Positions 25,710-35,563 of a DNA stretch of 44,095 nucleotides are shown here, piece by piece. The first letter of the stretch is position 1. Every line of letters begins with the position of its first letter. The position numbers were made by a program, and so were the translations under genes. The notes below the pieces were generated by a model. It was not told where the DNA came from. It saw nothing but the letters and a program-made list of their open reading frames with translations, and searched no databases. The stretch lies in the IMG/VR virus record IMGVR_UViG_3300028585_000533, positions 1 through 44,095 of that record; one strand, written 5' to 3'. The DNA is from a virus. Lineage: Duplodnaviria; Caudoviricetes.

Positions 25710-26129
25710 ATGAGCACCAAGCACATCGTGACCGCCGGCGCCGTCATCGTCGGCATCGGCCATGAGGGCGAGAAGCCGATGCCGGTGACCGTCTACCGCG
25801 GCGAGTACCTGCCCCTGGGCGTCATCGACAGCGACATCGAGCACTGCCTGCGCCTCGGCCTCATCGCGGCCGAGGACGTCGCCGAGGTCGAGCTGTCGGA
25901 GGCGCACGTCGTCGAGGGCCGGGTAGTCGAGACGGTCACCGTCCCCTCGGGTGAGCCGAAGAAGGCGTGGTCCCTGCCCGAGCTGAAGCAGTACGCCGCG
26001 AACCGCAGCGTCGACCTCGGCGAGGCAACCACGAAGGACGACATCCTCGTCGTCCTCGCGGACGCCGCGCAGGCGGAGCAGGCCGAGGCGGAGCGCCAGC
26101 GCGCCGCCGACGCGCAGGCGCAGGCCTGA
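25710..26129 (+). CDS. Head-associated protein with C-terminal HeH/LEM-like motif
   Basis: WSLPELKQYA...VDL...TKDDIL; AGGA RBS. Confidence 0.65.
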   Translation: MSTKHIVTAGAVIVGIGHEGEKPMPVTVYRGEYLPLGVIDSDIEHCLRLGLIAAEDVAEVELSEAHVVEGRVVETVTVPSGEPKKAWSLPELKQYAANRSVDLGEATTKDDILVVLADAAQAEQAEAERQRAADAQAQA

Positions 26130-26144
26130 GACAGGGGGCGTCGC

Positions 26145-26606
26145 ATGGCTGACACGTACACCACCCCGGATGACGTCGCGGCCGTGTGGCGCCCCCTCCG
26201 CCCCGACGAGGCGACGCGCGCCGAGGCCCTCATCGGGTCCGTCGAGCGTCTCCTCGTCGGCCGCTGGCCGAGCATCCCGAAGTGGATCGACGCCGACCGG
26301 CTCGACGAGGACACCCTGAGCGACGTCGTCGTGTGGCTGGTCCTGCCGGCTCTCGGCACGGACGCGCAGCTGCCGGTGAACGCGAAGTCGTGGCAGGTGA
26401 CGGGCGGCACCGAGTCGCAGCAGGTCACCCTCGCCGACACCGGGTCCGGGGCGTTCTTCACGGTGCTGCCGTGGATGGTCGACATCTTCGAGCGCCTGGC
26501 ACGCGAGGACGACCCGACCCGCACCCGGCACGCGGGCGCCCCGATGTTCGGCGGCGGCCGGGCCCCGCGCGTGGGCGGCATGTTCCCGTCGCCGACGAGG
26601 TGGTGA
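26145..26606 (+). CDS. Head-to-tail adaptor
   Basis: Y.TPDDVAAVWRPL..DE..RAEALI. Confidence 0.8.
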   Translation: MADTYTTPDDVAAVWRPLRPDEATRAEALIGSVERLLVGRWPSIPKWIDADRLDEDTLSDVVVWLVLPALGTDAQLPVNAKSWQVTGGTESQQVTLADTGSGAFFTVLPWMVDIFERLAREDDPTRTRHAGAPMFGGGRAPRVGGMFPSPTRW

Positions 26607-26947
26607 CCGTGCCAGTCAGCAGCATGCACCCGGACACCGTCGTCGTCCGCCGCACGGTCGCGACCAACGACACCGACGACCACGGTCTACCCATCGTCGA
26701 GGTGACGGAGCAGACCATCGAAGGTGTCGCGGTCGAGCCGCTCGCCGCTGGCGCCGCATCTGACGCGCTCGACGACGGCGAGGCCATCGAGGTCTTCCGT
26801 GTGAGCACGTCCGTCGTTGCCGACTGGGTGTCGGAGAACGACACGTGCACGTGGAACGGGCAGCAGTTCGTCGTGAACCGCCCACCTCGCACCTATCGGC
26901 GGTACAAGCCGCACACCGAGTTCAACCTCATCGAGGCCAGGGGGTGA
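26603..26947 (+). CDS. Head-to-tail stopper
   Basis: TVVVRR...DDHG...G..VEP...D....G..F.V...P...H.E; synteny. Confidence 0.75.
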   Translation: MTVPVSSMHPDTVVVRRTVATNDTDDHGLPIVEVTEQTIEGVAVEPLAAGAASDALDDGEAIEVFRVSTSVVADWVSENDTCTWNGQQFVVNRPPRTYRRYKPHTEFNLIEARG

Positions 26948-26951
26948 CGCC

Positions 26952-27254
26952 ATGAGCGGCGCCTACGTCGACGAGAAGTACCTGCAGCAGCAGGTGTTCA
27001 ACTCGCCCGTCGTCGCGCGGGCCCTCGCCGGCCGCGCGCGCATCGCCCTCCCGGCTGCGCAGCGCGAGGCGATCGCCGCCGGCGCCCCCGGCTGGGCGCG
27101 GAAGCTCCGCATCGAGGAGGGCCGCCGCCCGGGCACGAAGTCACCCCGGGGCATCCGCCGACCGTTCGCGCGGATCATCGGCCCGAGCGAGGTCACCGAG
27201 GGTGACAAGCCCATCGACCGGCAGCGGGTCCTGCGTCGGGTGGTGAACCTGTGA
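26952..27254 (+). CDS. Neck/tail completion protein
   Basis: Size, basic composition, synteny. Confidence 0.6.
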   Translation: MSGAYVDEKYLQQQVFNSPVVARALAGRARIALPAAQREAIAAGAPGWARKLRIEEGRRPGTKSPRGIRRPFARIIGPSEVTEGDKPIDRQRVLRRVVNL

Positions 27255-27637
27255 CGGGCCTCCGCGATCCCGACACTGAGAGCGCTGTCATCCAGTGGCT
27301 CAAGGCCTGGATGGGCGAGGGCTGGTACGTACACGCCGAGGGCGAGCAGCTGACCACCCGCCCCGTGCCCGCGATCGCCGTCGCCCGCGCCGGCGGCACC
27401 GGGTACGACGTCGACAGCGACGACACCATCGAGGTCACCGTCGTCGAGCGCGACCGGGCGGCCCTGTGGCCGGCGTGCGCGGAGGTCACCGCCGCGATGC
27501 GCGCCATCGTCGGCCGCGGCGTCGCAATGGTCGACGAGGTCGAGGTCACCGGCCGCTTCGCGATCGCTGACCCGAACCCGAACCCCGACACCCGTCGCGC
27601 GTCAGCCCTGTTCCGGCTGACCGTGCGGCCCCAGTGA
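27251..27637 (+). CDS. Tail terminator
   Basis: D.E..VI.WL...P.I.V.R.GG; precedes the major tail gene. Confidence 0.75.
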   Translation: MTGLRDPDTESAVIQWLKAWMGEGWYVHAEGEQLTTRPVPAIAVARAGGTGYDVDSDDTIEVTVVERDRAALWPACAEVTAAMRAIVGRGVAMVDEVEVTGRFAIADPNPNPDTRRASALFRLTVRPQ

Positions 27638-27731
27638 CCCGGGCGGCACCCGCCGTCCGCCCGCCCCGGCGCCTGCCGGCGGCGACGTCAGCCGACCGCT
27701 CGTGCGGCGGCGCCAACCCCAGGAGGTACAC

Positions 27732-28388
27732 ATGGCCGGAGCGTCCGTCGCCGATCAGATGGAGATCGGTCTCGACAACGGCAACATCCGCAAGCACGGC
27801 ATCCAGCTGCTCGCCCTCGCCGACATGTCCACGCCGTGGCCCGCGGCGTTCTTCGAGGAGGTCACGGCCAACGGGTTCGTGACGACGCTGCCCATCGCGC
27901 TACCCACCGGGTTCCGCAACATGGGGCTGATCACGACCGACGGCATCGGGCACTCGCAGGACATCAGCACCAGCGACGTGAACGCCGTGCAGTCGACCGA
28001 GGTGCAGCGCAGCGACGTCGACAGCGAGACGAACACGTTCTCGGTGACGTTCCTCGAGCAGTCCGCGTGGACGCAGGGCCTGGCGCACAAGCTGCCCGTG
28101 TCCGCGTGGCCGGCGAAGAACGGGCCCGAGTTCGACTACGCGGACGCGCCCGGCGGCGCCTACCCGCGCTACCGGGGTCTGATCTTCGCGCAGGACGGTG
28201 TCGGTGACGACCGCGTCTTCCGCGTCGAGGGCCTGCCCGAGATCCAGGTCACGGGCGCCGGGGACCGCACGCAGAACCGCAGCGACACCGAGAACACGGA
28301 GCGCACGTTCACGCGCTACCCGAACAGGGCGGCCGGGTACTCGATCCGACGGATCAGCAAGAAGTACAAGCGGGCCGTCTCGGCCTGA
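27732..28388 (+). CDS. Major tail protein
   Basis: AGGAGGT RBS; LP.GF..MG.IT.DG motif. Confidence 0.85.
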   Translation: MAGASVADQMEIGLDNGNIRKHGIQLLALADMSTPWPAAFFEEVTANGFVTTLPIALPTGFRNMGLITTDGIGHSQDISTSDVNAVQSTEVQRSDVDSETNTFSVTFLEQSAWTQGLAHKLPVSAWPAKNGPEFDYADAPGGAYPRYRGLIFAQDGVGDDRVFRVEGLPEIQVTGAGDRTQNRSDTENTERTFTRYPNRAAGYSIRRISKKYKRAVSA

Positions 28389-28491
28389 CCCACAGGGTCG
28401 GCCGCACCATCCGGGGCGGCGGCGGCGTGACGAGGTCCGCCGTCGCCCCACCTCACCTCGTTGACACCTCGTCAGACCAAGGAGCAGCACC

Positions 28492-28911
28492 ATGACCACC
28501 CAAACCGACGCGAAGCGGAACGGCGCCTACACGCGCGCGAGCCTCCGACGGAAGACCATCGAGCGGGTCGGCACCGACTCGATCGAGCTGAAGTTCCTCG
28601 CGGACGAGTCCGACGACGGCCAGGAGCACACGTTCACGGTCCCGCACCCGTTCTTCTTCGACAAGGAGACGAAGGCGGCGCTGAAGGCCCTCGAGGACCT
28701 CGACGACGACGACGTGCCCGAGGGGTACGACGAGGAGACCGACGGGCCCTTCGATGCGGAGGACTACCGGGCGCGGATCCTGCTCGGCGAGGAGCAGTGG
28801 GCGGAGTTCGTCACGGCCGGTGGCACGGGGACGGAGATCCAGCACCTGGTCATGGACGCGAACCTCGAGACCCGTGACCGGCTGGCGGACGGGACCCCTA
28901 CACGGCGGTAG
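28492..28911 (+). CDS. Tail assembly chaperone (G-like)
   Basis: AAGGAG RBS; between major tail and tape measure. Confidence 0.8.
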   Translation: MTTQTDAKRNGAYTRASLRRKTIERVGTDSIELKFLADESDDGQEHTFTVPHPFFFDKETKAALKALEDLDDDDVPEGYDEETDGPFDAEDYRARILLGEEQWAEFVTAGGTGTEIQHLVMDANLETRDRLADGTPTRR

Positions 28912-29309
28912 ACCTTCTCGGCGACTACGCGGAAGAGCTCGAAGCGGCACTGTGCGCGACGTACGCCCCCCGGGACCCCCTGGGGGAGTACATCGACGGC
29001 ACGATCTCGCTTCGAGCTCTTCGCGTTCTCGTGGAAGGCCTGCCGCCGGATTCGGCGTATCACCGGGCGATGCGCGGGCACGACTGGTCGACCCTCGAGT
29101 ACCTCGTGCACTCCGTCGACTCGCGCCTGCGGGAGCTGCTGACGTTCCTCGGGAACTTGTTCCGCAAGGAGGGCGCCTCGGCCGACAAGCCCAAGTACCT
29201 GCCGACGCCCGACGAGGGCGACGTCGCCGACGCGGTCGTCGACGAGAAGACCGCCGCGCAGCAGCGCGAGGAGTTCGACGACGTCACCGCGCGCATGTTC
29301 GGCGGCTGA
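28878..29309 (+). CDS. Tail assembly chaperone extension (T-like), reached by -1 frameshift
   Basis: -1 frame open from 28878 to 29309 with no good start of its own; VEGLPPDSA, W...EYL. Confidence 0.75.
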   Translation, partial: PAGGRDPYTAVDLLGDYAEELEAALCATYAPRDPLGEYIDGTISLRALRVLVEGLPPDSAYHRAMRGHDWSTLEYLVHSVDSRLRELLTFLGNLFRKEGASADKPKYLPTPDEGDVADAVVDEKTAAQQREEFDDVTARMFGG

Positions 29310-29325
29310 CAGACAGGAGGCCGCC

Positions 29326-32300
29326 GTGGCTCGCAAGGGGAACGCCATCTGGATGGACGTGCTGCCCTCGATGGGCAAGCTGTCCAGCTCGATCGTCAAG
29401 GAGGCGAGCGACGCCGGCCGGAAGGCCGGGCAGGCCGCATCGAAGGCGATGACGTCGGGCATGCAGACGAAGGGCAAGAGCCCCGCGTCGAGCATGGCCG
29501 ACGAGATGGCGGCGGCGTCGAAGCGGGTCGAGAAGACGATCAAGCAGCAGACCGCTGCAATCGTCGGGGCCCGGTCCGCGGAGAAGGCAGCAACCCTGCA
29601 GGTCGAGGCCGCCGAGGCGACTCTGGCGCAGCGGCGCACGTCGCAGGCTGCGGCTGTCGCGAAGGCGGCCGCGGCGGAGGCATCGGCGGTGAAGGCGCGC
29701 ACCCAGTACGGCGCGACGTCGCAGGAGGCTAGCGCGGCCGAGCTCGCCCTCGCGAAGGCGAAGGCGCAGGCCGAGGGCGCGACGGCGTCGTCCCTGCGTG
29801 CCGAGGCGTCGCTCGTGACGACGCGCGAGAAGGCCGCCACGGCGGGCATGAAGACGACGTTCGTCGAGGACCAGCTGCGTGCGGCGCACAACGAGCAGAA
29901 GGCGATCCTCGAGGAGCTCAACCGCACGGGCACCGAGAGCGTCAAGGTCGTGGACCGCCTCGCGGGGGCGTACAACGCGACGAAGGGCGCCGCGGACGTC
30001 GCCTCCCGTGCTGTGTCCGCCAGCGTCGACGCCGTCAAGCGGGTCGGCGGGGCGCTCGGCGACGTCGTCAAGGGCGGTGCGACGGCCACCATCGCCACCG
30101 GCGCGACCCTCGCCGGCGTCGCCCTCACCAAGGGCTTCTCGCGCCTCGCGAACATCGACAGCGCCCGCGCGAAGCTCGACGGACTTGGCAACAGCGCCGA
30201 GACCGTCGACATCATCATGGGCAACGCGCTCGAGTCGGTTCGCGGTACGGCCTTCGGGCTCGACGTCGCCGCGGCCGCTGGCGCGAACGCGGTCGCAGCC
30301 GGCGTCAAGCCCGGCGAGGACCTGCAGCGCACCCTCAAGCTCGTCGCCGACGCCGCGACCATCGCGGGCACGGACATGGGCTCGATGGGCGCGATCTTCA
30401 ACAAGGTCGCCGCGTCCAACAAGATCCAGATGGACGTCATCAACCAGCTGCACGACGCTGGTGTCCCGGCCCTCGCGCTGCTCGCCGACCAGATGGGCGT
30501 CACCGCCTCCGAGGCGTCGAAGATGGCCTCCGAGGGCAAGATCGACTTTGCGACCTTCCAGGATGCGATGGAGGCCGGACTCGGTGGCGCGGCCCTGTCG
30601 TCTGGGAAGACCTTCACGGGTGCCCTCGACAACGTCATGGCCGCCCTGGGGCGCATCGGCGCGAACGTCCTCTCGGGACCGTTCTCGCGCATGGCGCCGC
30701 TGTTCCAGGCAACGTCGGCCGCGATGTCACCCCTCGAGGACGCCGCGAAGGTCGTCGGCGAGACGGTCGGCAACTGGGTGAACCCGGCACTCGAGCGGCT
30801 CACCGGCCTGCTCGAGAACGGCGGCATCGGACAGCTCGCACCGATGTTCAGCAGCATCGGCGCCGCTGTCGGGCCGCTCGCCGGCGCATTCGTCGCACTC
30901 GGCGCCTCCGGGCTCGGCGGGCTGCTGTCCAGCGTCCCGATCCTCGGGCAGATGGTCGGGCCCCTCACCGCGCTCGGCGGCCCACTCGGGATCGTCCTCG
31001 GCCTCCTCGGCGGCCTCGTTGCCGTCTCCCCGGAGCTGCGCGGGGCGCTCGGGGGCGCGTTCGGCGACTTCGGGTCCACGGTCACCTCGACCGTCGTTCC
31101 TGCGGCACAGGCGCTCCTGCCGATCCTGTCGGAGTCGGTGACCCTCATCGGGTCGTCGCTCGCCGACGCGATCGTGCAGTCGGGGCCGGGCCTGGCGGAG
31201 CTCGCCGCGACGGTCACGACAGGACTCGTCGCTGCGCTGACGACGGGGGTGCCGCTCGTCACGAGCCTGGTGCTGTCGCTCATCGACCTCGCGTCGTGGG
31301 CGTCGCAGAACATGGGCATCGTCGCAGGCCTCGCCGGCGCCGTCGGCGGGCTCATCCTCACGTCGAAGGGGCTGCAGGCGGCCCTCGTCGTCCGCGAGGC
31401 CGGCGGGCTCCTCGCCTACGCGAAGGCGCTCCCGATCATCTCGGGCGCGACGAAGGTGTGGGCGGCGGCGCAGTGGCTGCTCAACGCGGCGATGACGGCG
31501 AACCCCATCGGGCTCATCATCGCGGGGGTCGCGGCGCTCGTCGCGGGCGTCGTGCTCGCGTACCAGAACGTCGGGTGGTTCCGCGACGGCGTCGACGCTG
31601 CCTTCGCCGGCATCAAGGTCGCCGTGCAGGCCGTCGGCGACGCCGCGGTGTGGCTGTGGGAGGAGGCCATCAAGCCCGCGTGGGACGGGATCGCCTCGGG
31701 GGCCACGTGGCTCTACGAGAACGCGATCCGGCCAGCGTTCGACGGGATCGGCGCCGCCATCGGCTGGGTCGTCGACCTCGTCACCACCATCGTGTCGCGG
31801 TGGATCGCCGTGTTCCGCACGGTGGGCGCCATCGCGACGTGGCTGTGGCAGAACGTCATCTCGCCGGTGTTCAAGGGCATCGCCGCGGTCGTGAGCTGGG
31901 GCTGGTCGGTCGTCTCGGCGATCTTCGACCTGATCGTCCACGTCGTCGCGTTCGTCCTCGCACCGGTGTTCCGGTGGCTCTACGACAGCGTGATCTCGCC
32001 CGTGTTCGACTGGATCTCGGACAAGATCTCGATGTTCTGGCTGGGCGCGCAGATCGTGTTCAACGCGGTCGTGTCGTTCTTCCGCGACACAGTCGGTGGC
32101 GCGTTCATGTGGCTGTGGAAGTCGGTCATCTCGCCCGTGTTCACGTGGATCGGGGCACTGTTCTCGACCTGGTGGAACTCGATCGTGCTGCCGCTCTTCA
32201 ACGGCGTCGTGGACTTCGTGCGGAACACGCTCGGGTCGGCGTTCTCCTGGCTCTACGTCAACATCGTGAAGCCCGTGTTCGACAACATCGGCAGCGCGAT

Positions 32301-33687
32301 CTCGTGGGTCTGGGTGAACGTCATCAGCCCGGCGTTCAACTTCCTCAAGGACGCCGTGCAGAAGGACATCCCGGCGGCGTTCGAGGCGGGCAAGAAGGCC
32401 ATCGGGACGGCGTGGGACGGGCTCAAGGAGATCGCGAAGACACCCATCCGGTTCGTGGTGGACACCGTCATCAACGACGGCATCATCAAGAACTTCAACA
32501 AGGTGGCGGACTTCTTCGGGTCCAAGACGATTCCCGAGATCAAGCTGCCCGAGGGGTTCGCGCACGGTGGTGTGCTGCCTGGGTACGGGGCGGCGAAGCG
32601 TGACACGACGCTGACCCCGATGCGCGCCGGCGAGGGCGTGCTCGTGCCCGAGGTCGTCCGCGGTCTCGGCCCGTCGTTCGTGCACACGCTCAACGACGCC
32701 GGCAACAGCGGCGGACCGAGAGCGGTGCGAGACCTCGTCGCGGGTCGCGGGTACGCGACCGGTGGTGTCGTCGGAGACGCTGTCTCCGGGGTCATCGACT
32801 GGGTCGGGAACGCCGCGAACACGGCGTCGATGTTCATCGCCGACCCGGCTGGGTCAATGGCGAAGGTCATCGATCACCTCGTGGCGAAGATTCCTGGCGC
32901 GGGCGGCATGCTCGACGTCGCCAAGGGCATGAGTACGAAGCTCGTCGACGGGGCGGTCGAGAAGATCAAGGCCGTCCTCGGGGCGCTCGGCGGTGGAGCG
33001 TCGGGCCCGAACGGGCAGCTGCCGGTCGGGTCGCTGATGCAGGTGCCGTTCGCAAACCCCGGTCCCGGGGTGGGCACCTACGGGTCCTACCTGCGCCGTG
33101 ACGCGGCTGCGGCACTCATCGCGGCCAACACTGCGGCGAAGGCGGCGACGGGGCAGTCCCTGTCGCTGACCGAGGGGTACCGCGACCTCGCCGGGCAGCA
33201 GTACCGGTGGGGCCTGTACACCTCGGGCCGCGGCAATCTCGCCGCGCGTCCTGGCACGTCGAACCACGGGTATGGCCTCGCGGCTGACCTCGGTGCGTCC
33301 GCGCGCGGGTGGCTGACGAAGAACGGTCCCGCCTTCGGGTGGCACCCGACGGGGCTCGGCTTCTCGCAGCGAGAGCCGTGGCACTTCGACTTCAAGGGCA
33401 AGGCGGGCGGGCTCTACGGCACCGGTGGTGTCGACGAGCGGCCCTCCCTGTACGACGAGGGCGGAGTGCTGCAGCGGGGCGTGTCGCTCGTCGCCAACAA
33501 CACGAAGGCGCCCGAGTACGTCCTGCCGCAGGAGCGGCTCATCGACATCGTCCAGCGCGCGAGCAGCGAGGGCGACACCGGCCCGCTGATCGGCGAGCTG
33601 ACGATGGTCTCGAGCGGTGACACCCGCGAGGACCTCAACGAGATCACGCACGAGCTGCGGAAGATCAGGAGAGGCGGTCGCAAGTGA
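29326..33687 (+). CDS. Tape measure protein with C-terminal M15-type peptidase domain
   Basis: 1453 aa Ala/Gly-rich, NPIGLII motif, Trp/Phe repeats; EGYRD...PGTSNHGYGLAAD...EPWHF. Confidence 0.93.
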   Translation: MARKGNAIWMDVLPSMGKLSSSIVKEASDAGRKAGQAASKAMTSGMQTKGKSPASSMADEMAAASKRVEKTIKQQTAAIVGARSAEKAATLQVEAAEATLAQRRTSQAAAVAKAAAAEASAVKARTQYGATSQEASAAELALAKAKAQAEGATASSLRAEASLVTTREKAATAGMKTTFVEDQLRAAHNEQKAILEELNRTGTESVKVVDRLAGAYNATKGAADVASRAVSASVDAVKRVGGALGDVVKGGATATIATGATLAGVALTKGFSRLANIDSARAKLDGLGNSAETVDIIMGNALESVRGTAFGLDVAAAAGANAVAAGVKPGEDLQRTLKLVADAATIAGTDMGSMGAIFNKVAASNKIQMDVINQLHDAGVPALALLADQMGVTASEASKMASEGKIDFATFQDAMEAGLGGAALSSGKTFTGALDNVMAALGRIGANVLSGPFSRMAPLFQATSAAMSPLEDAAKVVGETVGNWVNPALERLTGLLENGGIGQLAPMFSSIGAAVGPLAGAFVALGASGLGGLLSSVPILGQMVGPLTALGGPLGIVLGLLGGLVAVSPELRGALGGAFGDFGSTVTSTVVPAAQALLPILSESVTLIGSSLADAIVQSGPGLAELAATVTTGLVAALTTGVPLVTSLVLSLIDLASWASQNMGIVAGLAGAVGGLILTSKGLQAALVVREAGGLLAYAKALPIISGATKVWAAAQWLLNAAMTANPIGLIIAGVAALVAGVVLAYQNVGWFRDGVDAAFAGIKVAVQAVGDAAVWLWEEAIKPAWDGIASGATWLYENAIRPAFDGIGAAIGWVVDLVTTIVSRWIAVFRTVGAIATWLWQNVISPVFKGIAAVVSWGWSVVSAIFDLIVHVVAFVLAPVFRWLYDSVISPVFDWISDKISMFWLGAQIVFNAVVSFFRDTVGGAFMWLWKSVISPVFTWIGALFSTWWNSIVLPLFNGVVDFVRNTLGSAFSWLYVNIVKPVFDNIGSAISWVWVNVISPAFNFLKDAVQKDIPAAFEAGKKAIGTAWDGLKEIAKTPIRFVVDTVINDGIIKNFNKVADFFGSKTIPEIKLPEGFAHGGVLPGYGAAKRDTTLTPMRAGEGVLVPEVVRGLGPSFVHTLNDAGNSGGPRAVRDLVAGRGYATGGVVGDAVSGVIDWVGNAANTASMFIADPAGSMAKVIDHLVAKIPGAGGMLDVAKGMSTKLVDGAVEKIKAVLGALGGGASGPNGQLPVGSLMQVPFANPGPGVGTYGSYLRRDAAAALIAANTAAKAATGQSLSLTEGYRDLAGQQYRWGLYTSGRGNLAARPGTSNHGYGLAADLGASARGWLTKNGPAFGWHPTGLGFSQREPWHFDFKGKAGGLYGTGGVDERPSLYDEGGVLQRGVSLVANNTKAPEYVLPQERLIDIVQRASSEGDTGPLIGELTMVSSGDTREDLNEITHELRKIRRGGRK

Positions 33688-34571
33688 GCATCAGTGACTG
33701 GCGGCTGACGTACGACGGCCAGGGGGTGTGGCCGGGCGCGGACATCGCGTTCGGCGCACCCCTGTCGCCGTACATCTTCACCGGCATGCCAGACACTGAC
33801 GCCGCGCCGACGCGCTCAGACGACACCGACCTCCCTCGCGAGGACGGCATCGTCATGGGCGTCGACAGCAGGGGCGGGCTGACGATCCCGATCAGCCTCA
33901 CCGTGAACGGGCGCACAGAGGACGAAGGCGACCGGCTCGAGTCCTCCCTCGCGCGTGCATGGCGCGCCGACGCCGTGCGCCGGACGCCCGGTGCGGTCGC
34001 AACCCTGCGGTCGCACCGGGGCCGGCGCACGTTCGGCAGGCCACGCCGGTACTTCGCCGACGGCCGGCGCTCGCACCTGGGCCGGTACGACGTCACGGCG
34101 GACTTCGCGACCGTCACGGACCTGTGGTTCGGCGACGACCGGGCGTTCGAGGCCAGCATCGTCGCCGCGTCGTCAGGTGGGTTCCGGGCGCCGTTCCGGT
34201 TCCCGCTCGTCACGACCGGCTTCGGTGCCGGCAGCCAGTCGGTCGTCGTCGACGGCGACGTACCGGCGTGGTGCCGAATCGAGATCGACGGGCCGATCCT
34301 CAACCCGGACGTCGAGATCTTCGGCGTCCTCCGCGAGCAGTTCACGACGTACGTGCCCGAGGGGCAGACGCTCGTGTTCGACCCGCGGCCGTGGTCGCGC
34401 GGAGTCCTCCTCGACGGCATCAACGTCAGCGGCCGACGGCTGCGCACGTCAACGCCGCTCGCGTCGGCCGTGCTCCCACCGGGCGAGCACCTGTTCACCC
34501 TGCGGGGCCAGTCCGAGACCGGCACCGCCCGGGCCCGTGTGATCGTCGCGCCGGCCTTCACCCGCTACTGA
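33684..34571 (+). CDS. Distal tail (Dit-like) protein
   Basis: Follows tape measure; DG...G.D, FGRPRR, GD.PAW..I.I.GP..NP. Confidence 0.75.
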   Translation: MSISDWRLTYDGQGVWPGADIAFGAPLSPYIFTGMPDTDAAPTRSDDTDLPREDGIVMGVDSRGGLTIPISLTVNGRTEDEGDRLESSLARAWRADAVRRTPGAVATLRSHRGRRTFGRPRRYFADGRRSHLGRYDVTADFATVTDLWFGDDRAFEASIVAASSGGFRAPFRFPLVTTGFGAGSQSVVVDGDVPAWCRIEIDGPILNPDVEIFGVLREQFTTYVPEGQTLVFDPRPWSRGVLLDGINVSGRRLRTSTPLASAVLPPGEHLFTLRGQSETGTARARVIVAPAFTRY

Positions 34572-34582
34572 GAGGACACGTC

Positions 34583-35563
34583 ATGGTCTGGGACCCGACA
34601 GCATGGGCGATGGACGGCGGCGCACCCAACCCGGTGCCGATCGCGCGCGCTCTCGCCTTCGCCGCGACGAAGGGCGCCGAGGGCGTCATCGCTCCGCTGG
34701 ACTGCAAGGTCACCGCGCTGGCGACCCCGGGCGGGTCGGTGCGCGTCCTCCCGGGTGTCGCGACGGTCCGGAACCGTGTCGCCGGTGGCGCGAGCGAGAC
34801 CTACATCGCGCGGAACCCCACCGAGGACACCGTCGCGGTGCCCGCCACCGACGCTACGGGCGCCCGCAGTCACCTCGTCGCGGTGGTGGTCGAGGACCCG
34901 TACGCCGCAGGCTCGGGCTTCGCCAAGCCGTCGGACCCCAACACCGTCGTCGCCGTGAGGACCCGCGTCATCCCGAACGTCCCCGCCGGCACCACACGCC
35001 TGCAGGACGTCAACGGCTACGCGAGCCGGACTGGGTACGCCCTCGCTCGCATCGACATGCCCGCCTCCACCGGCGCCGTCACCGCGGCGATGATCGTCGA
35101 CCTCCGAGCCCTCGCCCTCGCCCGCACCGAGCGGTTCCTGTCGGTCGACGTCGCCCAGGGCGGGCGCCTGACGTCCACCGCCGACGTGCAGTGGCCGTCG
35201 AACACCCGCTCGCCGCTGGTCCCCGCGTGGGCGACCCACGTCACCGGGAAGGTCGCCGTGCACCAGGCCGAGATCTCTGGGGGCAAGGGGTACGCGAGCG
35301 TGCGCGTCGCGCTCGGCCCGACCGGGTCGGCGCTGAACTCGGCCGAGACGTTCCTCGACTTCGACACGCCCCCTGGCGGGTTCGAGCGCGTGGGCGTCAC
35401 CGTGCTCATCGCCGACCGCATCCCGGAAGCCTGGCGCGGGTCGCGGCAGCTGCTGCAGGTCATCGGCAAGCGTTTGAACCCGGCTAGCGACCCCGGGGTC
35501 TTCGCCGCCAAGGCGGGCACGCAGATCGAGTGGGACCTGCAGTTCGAGGAGCGCATCGCGTGA
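34583..35563 (+). CDS. Minor tail protein
   Basis: GAGGA RBS; V.A..TPG.SVRV.PG, ALARID.PAST..VT.AMI.DLR. Confidence 0.75.
   Translation: MVWDPTAWAMDGGAPNPVPIARALAFAATKGAEGVIAPLDCKVTALATPGGSVRVLPGVATVRNRVAGGASETYIARNPTEDTVAVPATDATGARSHLVAVVVEDPYAAGSGFAKPSDPNTVVAVRTRVIPNVPAGTTRLQDVNGYASRTGYALARIDMPASTGAVTAAMIVDLRALALARTERFLSVDVAQGGRLTSTADVQWPSNTRSPLVPAWATHVTGKVAVHQAEISGGKGYASVRVALGPTGSALNSAETFLDFDTPPGGFERVGVTVLIADRIPEAWRGSRQLLQVIGKRLNPASDPGVFAAKAGTQIEWDLQFEERIA

Noticed and set aside
23161-33651. Long minus-strand ORFs (727, 865 and 652 aa) opposite head and tape measure genes
   Set aside because: Typical stop-poor antisense frames of high-GC genes, with no motifs
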